Of a stretch of 48,910 nt of DNA, positions 21,340-33,200 are shown one piece after another. The notes beneath the pieces were generated by a model, which searched no databases, was not told the DNA's origin, and saw only the letters and a program-made list of their open reading frames with translations. How positions within the stretch are numbered: the stretch's first letter is position 1; each line of letters starts with the position of its first letter. The stretch is taken from contig PS015013.1 of assembly GCA_048213135.1 (NCBI GenBank), positions 107,749 to 156,658 of the forward strand. The letters are read 5' to 3'. The position numbers and the translations under genes were made by a program. This stretch comes from Reclinomonas americana ATCC 50394 (taxonomy: Eukaryota).

Positions 21340-23216
21340 ACACTCTCTGACAAGCACACACACATACGTAGAGCGACCATGCAAGTCAGAGTGCTGATGC
21401 GGAGGATGCCATGAATGGTGCGCGTATGTCGTGTGTGTGTTGTCTGCTCTGCTACTCTCTTCTCATTCCAAGCCACCACCAGAGGCCGAGTCCGATGAGG
21501 AAGACGAGTGGCTGGACGATGGTGTGTGCACAGATACACACGGTCACGCAAGTGCACCACTGTCTCATCACTCACTTANNNNNNNNNNNNNNNNNNNNAC
21601 CGCCGTCCGCGGAGAAGGTGGATGCGGCGAGTCGACGGGCGAATCGGGAGGCGCAGGCGATTGCAAAGCAGATTTTGCAGGTGCCGCGTCGTGCGGCGTC
21701 GTCGTTGCAGTCGACGGTCGATGCCGCGTTGCGGAATGCTGATGGTGACACGGCGGACCGCATTCGTCGGTTGGCGAGCCGCGCGATTGGCTGCTTGCGC
21801 TCGTCGACGCGTACCAGCTGGGACGCGTGGCTCGAGCTGGCGGAGGTGGACTCGGCTCGTCGTGGGGGCAGCAGCCGTTCCGTCCGCTCCAAGGCGCCAT
21901 CCAGCACCAGGAGCTTCAGCAACAGCTACAGTGGGAAGAGAAGCAGCAACGGCAGCAGTGGCAAGAGAAGCAGCAACAGCAGCCGTGGCGGACGCAGCAG
22001 TAATGCGTCGAACGGCTCGGTCAACACGGTCAACAGCACGCTGCAGACGCTGAAGCAGCTGGTGGCACAAGCGGAGCGGGCTCCAAAGAACTCGGCCTTG
22101 GCGCGCCTGGCCGACAAGCTGCGACTGGCGGTGAGGACAGTCGGCCGCGAGGTCCGCACCTCCATGGTCGGCGTGTCGCCGTCGCGACTGCTGAACCTGG
22201 CTGCCTCCAACGTCAAGGACTTGTCGCTGCAAGCCATGAACAACCCCGACGTGACGCGCAATGTGCGGCGTCAGGTCTACAACTCGCAGCAGAGTGTGCA
22301 GGCGCGCCTGACCAATTGCCGCGAGAACGTTGACGAAGTGCTGCGTGAGTTGAAGCGCCTGAAGCAGGACTCCCAGCCGGAAGATGACGACCCAGCAGCC
22401 GATCCACAGCCGGCTGACGATGGCGATGACGACAACAACAATAACAACGACGACAGCACCGACGACGACCAGCAGCCGGCGCAGCAGCAACAAGAGCGAC
22501 GACGCCGCCGCCGACGAAACAGTGCACCGATCGACGAGAGCGAGCCGGAGAAGGATCGCGAGCCAGTGGACGACAGTGGCGATGACGGCGACAGCGACGG
22601 TGACGATTCTCCGCGTTTGCGTGGCCCGCCGTCACAGCGTCGCGGCAAGCGCAGCCGCAGCAGTGGCAGCAAGCGCAGCCGTGGCAGTGGCAGTGGCAGC
22701 AAGCGCAGCCGTGGTGGCAGCAAGCGTCGCAGTGGTGGCAGCAGTGGCAAGCGCAGCCGCCGAAGCCGTGGACGCTCCTCGTCCTCCAGGCGCCGCCGCG
22801 GGCAGGTCAACCGACCCAGCGACCGCCTGTTGGGCACACTGTGGCGTCTCCGCAAGAAGGTGGCGTACGCCGGTCGCAAACTCGAACGCTGCGCACAGCG
22901 CAACTGGGCCTACCGCGGCACTCGCGGAGTCGGTGGCGACCGGAGAGGCCGTGGTGACGGACAGCCTCGCGCTCCGTCGTGGTTCGGCGCACCGCGGTAC
23001 GATGGTCACCGCGACGTGGAGTGGGAGCCGGGTCACCGTTGCGTCGCACCAACACCGAACAGAGAGAGAGTAACAGAGACAACTCACTTGTCATTGACAT
23101 GCTCTGCAGCAACGGGTCGCCGACCACTCGGGACCCGCGCACACCACGACACAGCACACAAGGGCAAGCGGTCGCCACTGCTCCGGCGACGACAGCAACA
23201 ACGACGCCGCAAGTGA
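21157..23216 (+). CDS. Orphan secreted protein C: signal peptide, acidic segment, helical regions, Ser/Gly/Lys/Arg tracts and Asp/Asn tract
   Basis: MRPQLVLLALLVAVLLCVSAAVAVSA signal-like N-terminus; long exon ~21599-23037; last intron 23038 to ~23109; TGA at 23216. The join across gap 21579-21598 is inferred. Confidence 0.6.
21307..21335. repeat. (CT)n intronic microsatellite
   Basis: Directly visible. Confidence 0.9.
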
Positions 23217-23304
23217 TGCCCGTCGGAGCTCCGTCGGTGTCCTCTCGTCTGTCTGTGTGTCGGTGTTGAGTGTTGACAGCGGAAGAGAGTGAATCGACAA
23301 GGGA

Positions 23305-25279
23305 ATGGTCACACTTCCGCGCATCGCACTGCTGGCTCTGCTGCTGCTGGCCATTGCTCTCCTCGTCGCGCATCACAGCGCACACGCTCACTCCGATCAC
23401 GACGACGATGACGACGACGATGCAGGCAACGCGCATCACGAGCATGCTCACAGCGACAATGATGACGACGACGATGACGATGAAGAGGAAGACACTCGAG
23501 ATGCAGCCGAGGTGCACACACAGAGAGAGAGCGAGAGGAGAGAACATGTCAGACAACTCACGCACACACACGCACACACAGAATGGTCTGACGACTGGCA
23601 TTGTACACGTGTTGAATGGCGACTCGTTCCACGAGGTGACGCGTGTCGGGCAGTGGTTGATTGAGTTCTATGCACCGTGGTGTGGCCACTGTCAGCGACT
23701 GCAGCCGGTGTTTGAGGAGAGTGCGCGTGCGGCCCCGGATGTGTTCTTTGGCAAGGTCGATTGTGATGAGCACAGGAGTTGCGCGCGCGCGCGTGTGTGT
23801 GTGTAAGTGTGTGCGTGTGTGTGTGTAGGCCACTCATGCGTTGCTGTGCAGCTGTGTGCGAGGAGTTTGATGTGTCGGGATACCCGACAATCAAGTTGTT
23901 GCGTCTCTCTTTCACTGTGTTTGTTTGTTGAGGATTGCTCATTCCTTGTGTGCATGCAGCAAGCGCGGTGAGGTCGTGTTGCCGTACAAGGGTGCACGCA
24001 CGCGTGACGGCTTCGTGCACTGGTTGAAGCGTGTCAATGGGTAAGTGTGCGCACTTGTCCTTTTCTGCTGTCTGCATGTGCTTACTCGCCTGTGCGTGTG
24101 CAGTCCGGTGCTGCGTGAGGTGTCGGCTGATAGCGTGGAGGCGTTTGCCACGGAGGATGCGCGCAGTGTGTCGTTTTTGCTCATTAACCCGTCGGCGGAG
24201 GCTCGAGTTGCGCCCTGCCTGCTGCTGTTGTGTTTATCACACTTCCCTGTAACTGGTCTCGGCTGCGCAGCGCAATGTGGAGTCTGTGGCGCAGACGTTG
24301 CTGTTCGAGAACAAGTTTGGCGTGGTGAGCGAGGAGGACAGCAAGGCGGTGCTGCAGGAGCTGCGCTTCAAGCTGCCGAAGAAGAACAAGAGCGGATTGC
24401 TGTCGATTACGATTGGCGAAGGCGTTGACTTGTTGGTGGAGAGCGTGCTGGAGAATGCCGAGGCGGTGCGCGACTGGGTGCACTCTCGTCGCCTGCCGCC
24501 GGTGGCCGAGCTCAACGAGGGCACGTACGAAGCGATTTCGGAGGACACTCGCAACACGTACCTGTTGATTGCGTCGTCGCAGTTGCCGGGGTCCATGGAG
24601 AGGTTCGTTTTTGCGCATAGCTCGTGCATCTGTTGACGTGGATTCTCACCTTCTCGTTGTTGCACCAGTGCACGCAACCTGCTGACGGGGCCGGCGCGAG
24701 CTGATCGCAGTCGCCTGTTTGCGGTGATTGACTTTTCAAAGTACGAGCGCTTCATCGAGAGCACACTGAGCACATCGGCCACCGAGCTGCCCGTCATCAT
24801 GCGCATCGATTTCAAAGAGAGCACCTTCCAGAAGATGTCGGCCGCCTCGCGTGGCGACAATAACCTCATCTCGGAGGAGCAGCTGCACGAGTTCATTCGC
24901 CAAGCCGAGGCCGGCGACATTTCGTCTTGTTGCGTGCGACTTTTGTTGAGTGTGGACGCGATCGATTCTTGTCTTCTCTCACGGCTTGCTTGTTACACCA
25001 GCGTCGTTCGGTGGTGGCGTGTTCTCTGGGCTGTGGAATGCGGGCAAGAAGTTCTTGGTGCGTCATGATTCTCTTGTTCCCCTCCCTCACCTGCATTTTG
25101 TTCACGCTTGTGTGTGTGCGCGTGCGCAGATCTACATTGGCCAGAACCCGTCCGTCGGTGTCAGCATTGTGCTGGCCTACATTGCCGTCATGGGTCTCCT
25201 GGTGTACGTCTTCCGCCGCATGAGCTCGGGCGACGACAAGGACGACAAGCCGGCCGTCAAGGACAAGGACAGCGACGGT

Positions 25280-25311
<32 letters not shown>

Positions 25312-25435
25312 GGCCGACGGCAAGAAGGGAGACGACAAGCGGAAACCGAAGAAGGCCAGTGCGGCGGCGGAGGGTAGCGCGGCGGTGCCGGCAGCCACGG
25401 TGCGTGCCAAGCAGGGCGAGGCCAAGCAAGACTAG
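23305..25435 (+). CDS. Thioredoxin-related transmembrane protein disulfide isomerase (TMX-like) with His/Asp-rich N-terminal extension
   Basis: Signal peptide; [13 protein letters not shown] (23678-23692); GKVDCD; GYPTIK; further thioredoxin-like segments; C-terminal TM ([20 protein letters not shown]) and an acidic/basic tail. Confidence 0.88.
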
Positions 25436-25524
25436 ACGAAAAAATAGCCGTGAATGGATGTAGCGAGAAATACAACAGCGTGAAAGAATCAGGGGAACAG
25501 GCTCTTCATTGCCTTCGCTGCAGC

Positions 25525-28500
25525 TCAGCAACCGAACTGGATGGTGACGTTGCTGTTGATGGCGATGTTGCTCAGAGAGATGTCGAGTGTCTTGAGCGTG
25601 GAATCGAACTTGAAGGCCGTTTGCACATTGTTCACCTGCACCGTGCACACATTCGGCACGCCAAACACCTGCACCTCGCCCAGTTGCATCTGTGCCGCCG
25701 GCTTGTACCTGATGGGGGACAGACAATGGACAGAGTTAGTCTCTTGTGAAACGAATGTGGGGCGAAAGAGAGGAATGGAACGCACTGATCAAACACGGCG
25801 CGCGACGAGAGCTGCCACTTGGTGCTGGAGACCGATTGCACCGCCATCTGCACCAATGTGTACGTGCTCGTCGAGAGGCTGTCGAGAGAGTCCCCGTCGT
25901 CAATGTACAGCTCGCCCTGCGCGGCTCCGTTCTGATCGAGGCCGACAAGGAACTGGAACGGGTTGCGACGGGTGGCGGCAGTGGTCAGCGCGGGCGCCTG
26001 AGCCGGCACAATGGTGCCACCGCGCATAAAGACAGGGATGACCGTCAGTGGTGCGGAGATCGTCTGGTACGAGCCAGCACCCGACACCTCGCCGCCGGTC
26101 CAGTAGTTGTACCAGCGAGTGTTGGCCGGAAGATATGCCGACACCGAGGTCGCGCCCTGCGTGAGCACAGGCACAACCATCAGAGCCGAACCTGCGTGTT
26201 GGGGGGAAGGACAGTGAGTGTGTGTGTGTCTGCGCGAAGCGTGCGGAAGAGTGGCTGGTCGCGGGGTAGGCACTCACCGACCATGAACTGACGATCGATG
26301 TAAGGCAGCGACGACTCGCTGTCGTTGGGGAACTCCCAGAACAGAGCACGCCACACAGTGGAGCCCTGCGACGACGCGCGGAAGAAAAGCGTGTAATAGT
26401 ACGGCAGAATGCGGTAGCGGTTGAGGAGCACGAAGCGGCTGACGTCGAGCAGGGGCTGACCAAAGGCCCATGGCTGTTGCGCGCACGCATGAGGTCAGTG
26501 ACACACACAGAAAGAGAGACGGCGCAACAGAAGGAGCTCACACACCTCCTGCGGGGTGTTGCCAATCGAATTGTGGTTGCGACTGAAGGGGTAGAAGCTG
26601 CCCAGTTGCATCCAGCGGGTGCACAACTCGAGGGTGGTGTTGCGGTTGAAGCCGCAAATGTCGGCACCGACCAGCGGCACGCCGAAAGTGCTCTGCAACA
26701 GACGGCACTCAGCAGCAACGACAACGGAGAAATCGAGTTGCAAGAATATACGCAACAAATGAGAGAATGCCGGAGACCGAGTCCGCCAGACTCTCCCACG
26801 TGCTGTCATTGTCGCCGAGCCAGTGGTAGCCCCACTTGGACTGACCGGCGAATGTGGAGCGACCGATGATGAACGGGCGCTTGTTGCGGATGGCCGCCAT
26901 GGCACGGTGCGACGCTGCCGACGCACAGTGCGCGTGAGAGACGATGCTGTAGAGCGATGAGTAAACGCAACACCGACAAAACCTTGCGCCTCGTGGTAGC
27001 CAAACAGATTGTGCACGTTGTACTCGATGCCGAGAGCGTTCTGTGCGGTCATGTTGAAAGTGCGCACGTAGAGGCCCTCGTTGCCGGGCACGTACGGCGG
27101 GAAGTTCGGGTCGAAGCCGGAGCCCGACTGCGCATCACACTGCGTGAGACATTCATGATTGACCGCACATAGAGAGGACACGTCCAACGCCCACCTTCTT
27201 CGGGTCGATGCCACACTGTGAGTCGCAAAAACCGACCATCTCATTCATGTCGATCCACAGACCATCGAATGGCACCGTCTGCTGGTAGAAACGAGTGAGC
27301 TCGTCGATCCAGTACTGCTGGCCGGTTTCGCCGTGGAAGTCGGGGAACACTGTGAGGCAGTCAGCCATTTCTGTTCCGAAAGATGAAATAACCACAAGAG
27401 AGAGAGATAGAGAGCACGCACCGGTGAGACCCGGCCACACCATGTTGATAATGGGCTTGCCGTCGCTCGTCTTGATGTAGGCACCGGTCTGTCCAACGTG
27501 CGCACACACAGTAAGGAAAGGAAGCACAGCTACGCACTCCAGTCGCCCACTCTCACCTTGAGGAGGCGATCGTACGGGCCGTAGCCGGACTCGGTCTGGT
27601 GAATATGTGAGGACAGGAAGAGTGGCACGATAGTGTGCGTCGAGTCACGCACCTTGATGCCAGGGTCGGCAATGAGCACGTACTTTTGTCCGTTGGCGTG
27701 CAGCTTGTTGACGTAGCTGCTGACCTCGGACAGCGGGAAGCGATCGGGAGAGAAGGTGAAATCCTGCATCGAGCGCGAAAGGGTAAGCTTGCGGATCACG
27801 AGAGCGATGGTCTACACGCTGCTGAGCACGCACCCGGTACTCGTCCATGTAGTCAATGTCGTTCCACATGGTGTCGAGCTACAGGACATGTTGCATCACT
27901 TGTCAGTCGCTGACGAGAGAGAGGGAAAGAGGGAAAGTATTCGCACCGGGATCTGGTACTTGGCATAGTTGCTCTGCGAGGATCGCACTTAAGCACCGTA
28001 CCAGACATCAACAGACACAGATCAGCACGCACCCACACTTCCTCCGAATCGCTAATGTGAATGTAACCCCAGCGGCACTGGTGCCATCCTGTGCGCATGT
28101 ACGATCAGAGAATGTAAAAGAAGACAAGTCCCACGCAGTCGTCGACGAGACGCACCGAGACCCCTGCACGTCCACGACCACCAAGTTGTGAGTAAGCAAG
28201 CAACAAGAGACAGTGGGAGAATTGGCACTCACCAGTACGGCGGCTATGCGAGCGAAAGTGACATCAAGAGACGGGAAGAACGCTTTGCAAAGAATTGGCT
28301 GCGATACGGTGGATCACTCACCAGGTACGGGTAGCCCACCAGGCGAGTGTACTGCTGCACGACCTGGTCGGCAGTCGTGCCGACAAACACGTAAAAGTCG
28401 AACACGCCACCAATGGTCTGCACATACACCGACGAGTCAGACGACGCGAGTCGACGCATCCACACCAAAGAGCGCACACCTTGTAGGTCAACTGTGCGCC

Positions 28501-29535
28501 GTTGATGGTCACATCCATGGCATTCGAGTTGAGCAGGAAGACGCCGTGCGTGTTGGGTCGACTGCGCAACAAGAGAGAGGTGAGTGCGAACACGAGGCGT
28601 ACTGCATGTCGGAACCCACACAGACCGGTACTCGAGGAAAATGGGATGCGTGCCGTACACTGCACACAAACACGCACGCATGCTCAGCACACCAAACACA
28701 CACCGCAGCACACAGACATGCGACGCAACGATTGCGGTCGTGCGGCGTGCCATGATCCTTGTTGAACATGGTGTATGTCTTGTTGCTCGGATCCAGACGA
28801 TAATTGTGCACACGCTCACCGAGTCCGTACACATTCGGGTTCGAGGAGCCCAGACGAGTCGACAACTACAAAAACAATACATGCAGTGAGCTAACACCTT
28901 CTCCACACACACGCATGCGTGGACGGAATGATGGCGACCTCCAAGTAGTGATCCTCGAATACCAAACGACCACCAGTGGTATCGAAAATCACGGCTCCAT
29001 CCGAGAGACGCGTGACAGTAATGGCAAAGGGCTGGTTCTGGATCTTGACATCGTACAGACGATTGGTGGGCGCATCAAACGGACCCACATCAGTCACCAC
29101 ACCAGGCACTGATGCGCGCGACGGAGTTTTATGTGAGTGCATTGACCCCAATCGAAAAAATCACCGCGGGCATGCATGCACATTGAAAGACAACAGAGGA
29201 GGATGCATGTGCGCGTGTGTGTGCGCGCGCGTGTGTGTGTGTCTGCAACAAGCGCGCGTGACATGCTTACCTTCCCAGCGTGCGCTTGAGCGATCTGTGA
29301 TGCGAATGCGCACACGCTCGTTGCGCTGAAACTCCACACTCAGCGCCAAATGTGCAATGTCGCCTCCGTACGGACCCACACCCGACACGAGATCCAAGTT
29401 GGCGGAGATGCCCTTGGCCGATTGCTGCACATTGGAGGCCGCGTAGACCGGGTCGCCAGCAGCCACCTGCTGTGCGGAGCAGGCGACAAGTGCGAGGAGC
29501 ACGAGGGGAAGGAGGATGAGGAGGCGAGGGGCCAT
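25525..29535 (-). CDS. Secreted/lysosomal alpha-glucosidase, glycoside hydrolase family 31
   Basis: Signal peptide [10 protein letters not shown]..; [28 protein letters not shown]; catalytic nucleophile DGLWIDMNE (~27241-27267); [22 protein letters not shown]. Confidence 0.95.
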
Positions 29536-30268
29536 GCCTCCGTCAATACAATGAATGATCCGATGATTGGTGGGACAGCAATCAAGCACGTCTTTCTCAA
29601 AGTGCGTGTTGCAGGTGGCGTCGACACTGTGTGATGAGTTCTGTTGTGTTGAGCGCTGCAGAACTGGCACTGCTTGTCGCAATGCACTGGCATGATCGAC
29701 GTCGACGTCGACGTTGCTGAAACTTGCTTCGCCGACGTGGTAAGCAGGTTTGTGTAACACGGTACACTACGGCACGCATGCTGACCGTGCAGCTGTGAGC
29801 ACGCATGAGTCGCTGCAGTCGACGTCGTGCATTTTTTGGGACTTTTCGCTGCTCCACATTGTGCGCATGCTCCTCCTGCTGAAGAACTCACACTGCACAA
29901 TAGCAGTACATTTACAGATGCAGCGCCCTGCGCCAGCCGCAACAGCGACTGCATTTATAGTCGCGTGAAGGTCGCGTCCTACGAACCGTTACAATCTTGT
30001 GCGACGTTACGAAATCATTGCTTTTTCGTGTGGTGTGCGCTGAGTGAGCGAGTGAGAGTGAGAGAGGAGGCGTACAGGGGAGTGCAAAGAGGGTTGCAGT
30101 CTCGTTGAGAAGCGTGTGTGTGTGAGTGCGTGTTGTCGACCGCACAACTCCACATAGCCGCTCTTTCCTGTGTGTTTGTTTGTTTGAGAGAGGATTGTTG
30201 TGTGTGTGTGTGTGTGACTCTGTGTAGAGTGACTTGAGAGAGCGTTCAGGCCAGAAAAGTAACACGCC

Positions 30269-33200
30269 ATGGACGCTGAGGATACGAGTGCGGCCGAGAC
30301 AGGTCCGCTGGAAGTGCGCATTTGCTCCAAGAACTGGCGCACTCGCGCTGCTGTTGCGTCTCCATACACTCGCACACACACACACACTCTCTCTCATACA
30401 CACACATACTCTGTCATCATCACTCACTCTCTCGTGCACACAACAGGCGTTTGATGAGGTGAAAAAGGCATTTGCCATGGCCGAGGACAGTCGCGACTCG
30501 GTGTTCCGTGAGTACCAGTCGGCCATGGTGGCTGCACCACGTGATTCCAATCAAGCCGCGCAAGACAAGGGCCTCGAGGCACTGTTGGTCTTCCTTGAGC
30601 GATCAGATCTGGCTGCAGAGTTGCGCATTTGGCCACTGACAACTCCCCTGTCATTCTCCCTCTTCTTCTCCCTCTCCCTCTCCCTCTCCCGATCGCTGAC
30701 CACCCCTCTCCATCACGACCACCACCNNNNNNNNNNNNNNNNNNNNNNNNNNNNNNNNNNNNNNNNNNNNNNNNNNNNNNNNNNNNNNNNNNNNNNNNNN
30801 NNNNNNNNNNNNNCGCTGCGCCGGTCGCATCGCATCGAGCACCGGCGCCAGCGGCGGCGTACCCAGCCACTTGTGCACCTCCACGCACAAATTGGTGGCT
30901 TCGGTGCGGATGGCCTTGTCGGCCTTGTCGAACAGCTTGGCCACGCTGCCGAGAATCAACTTGAGCGGAACGCAGCGCGGTCCAAACTCGCGCACAACCT
31001 CCACCAGCAGCTGCACGGCCGAGGCCGCAATTTTCGGCTGCTTGCCGTCAAACTGCGACACGCACGCCACGGCGACCGCGTCCGGCACCTCCAGCTGCAC
31101 CAGCAGCTTCAGCACCTCCACCGCCTTGATGCGGGTCGTTGGACGGCCACCCAGGCACTTTTCCACCACTGACGGTGCGATCTCTGGCGCGACTCTNNNN
31201 NNNNNNNNNNNNNNNNNNNNNNNNNNNNNNNNNNNNNNNNNNNNNNNNNNNNNNNNNNNNNNNNNNNNNNNNNNNNNNNNNNNNNNNNNNNNNNNNNNNN
31301 NNNNNNNNCGCCGAGCTCGAGGCGCTCTTCGAGTCGCACCCGAAGGGCTCGGCAGAGGCCACGCGTTTCAAGCAGTCGGAGCTGCTGGCGCGGCAACGTG
31401 CTGCCGAGAGCGGCGTGGTGAATACCGTGTCCGCGTCCGTGGGCAGCTCCTCCGCCGCCGGACCCTCGGGAGTGGCGCAAGTCACGATCGAGGTGGATCC
31501 ACTCGAGTTTGTCGACCCGATCGACATTCTGGCCAAGGTGCCGGCGGACTTTGTCGACCGGCTGGTGCGCCTGTAGTGATTTGACATGTCGTTTCTTCTT
31601 CCCTTCTACTCACACAAGCGCGCGCACACAGCAAGCGAAAAAGTGGTCGGACAAGAAGCAGGCACTCGACGAGTTCATTGGTCTGTCAGGTGTCCCCAAG
31701 ATCGTGCCCGGCGACTTCCACGAGCTGGTCGGCGAGTTCAAGAAGCTGCTCAACGACGCCAATGTGGTTGTGGTGGCCACCGCCGCCCAGTGCATTCGCA
31801 ATCTGGCCAGTGGCCTCCAGCGCGACTTCCAGCCGTACGCGCGCCCACTGGTCTCCGTCCTCATCGACAAGCTGAAGGACAAGAAGACGAATGTCGTCGA
31901 CACGTGCCGTGGAGCCCTGGAAGCCATGTTTGGCAGCCGCTCGCTCTCCCTGGCCGACTGTCTCGATGGTACGAGTCGCTGCTGCCTCCGCTGTCTCTCT
32001 CACACGCACTTTGCTCACCCGTGCGATAGACATTGCCGGCGGTCTGCACCACAAGACGCCGCAGGTGCACAGCGAGACGATGAAAGCACTGCACAAGTTC
32101 TTCTCTGGCGCTCGCCGCGAGGACTTCAAGGGCATTGTGAAGCCGACTGCCGCCATGTTGATGAAGGTGCTGTGCTGTGCTGTGCTGCCACCAGCCGATT
32201 TCATCTCACCTCGTCCATGATTCCCGTTCCCGCAGGCCACCGACGACAGTTTGGCCGAGTGCCGCGACTGGGCCTGCAACTGCATTGCATCCATGATGCG
32301 CATTCTCGGACGACCCACCGTCGAACCGCATTTGGAGGGGTGCGTGTGAGAGCTCTCTTCCCTCCGCCCCCCCTGTGTATGCGCTCACCGATGCATGCGT
32401 CGTGCAGGCTCGACAAGATCAAGCTCAACAAGGTCGACGAATACTTCAACCAGTCGGGCAGCGGTGGCTCGTCGAGCTCCGCTGCACCGTCGCTGTCCAT
32501 CACTGTGGCGTCGGCGTCGCAACCATCGAGCCCGGCCGCCTCCAAGCCACCGTCGGCCACGAATCGTCGTGTGGTGGCCTCGGCACCGTCGTCGCCGGCC
32601 AGCGACAGCAACGGCGATGCGGAGATTGCGCCGCGTTCGCCTGCCGCGTCGTCGGCTGCCAGTGGTCGCAAGGCCTCGGTGGCTGAGTCGCCGTCTGGCG
32701 CACGTCCGCCCTCGGCCCGCCCCGCGTCTGGCAAGAGTTGCGTCACATTATTTTCTTCGAGGTGGTGCGTCGCTGAGCTGCCACTCATTTTTCCCTCTCA
32801 CCTGCAGTTGGCAAACGAGGCCCGCCGTCGTCATCAGCAAGTGCTGGTGCGTCATCAAGTGGCCCGCCAGCGGCTCGCAAGCCCGATCGCCCAGCTGCTG
32901 CCTCGAGCCGAGGCGGTGCATCGTCGTCGTCGGGGCCCTCGGAGCCAGTCGATGATGGTCCAGAAGTCACCGACTCGGATGCCGTGGCGGCGCTGGCCGA
33001 CATTGTGCCCGCCGAAGTGCTCACCAACCTCGAGAGCAAGCAGTTCAAGGAGCGCATGCAAGGTGCCGTGTGTTGGGAGGAGCGTCATGTTTCATTCTTG
33101 TTCAAATCATGTCGAGCTTAAGTTTTGCTTGCTTCTTGTGTCAGGCATGGAGGACTTGACAACGCTGGTTGCTGGTCTCGGCGACGACGTGGTGTCGCAA

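Noticed and set aside
29696-29713. Tandem GTCGAC palindromes in the GH31/XMAP215 intergenic region
   Set aside because: Short, and GTCGAC/TCGTCG-type words are abundant throughout; there is no evidence for a specific element.
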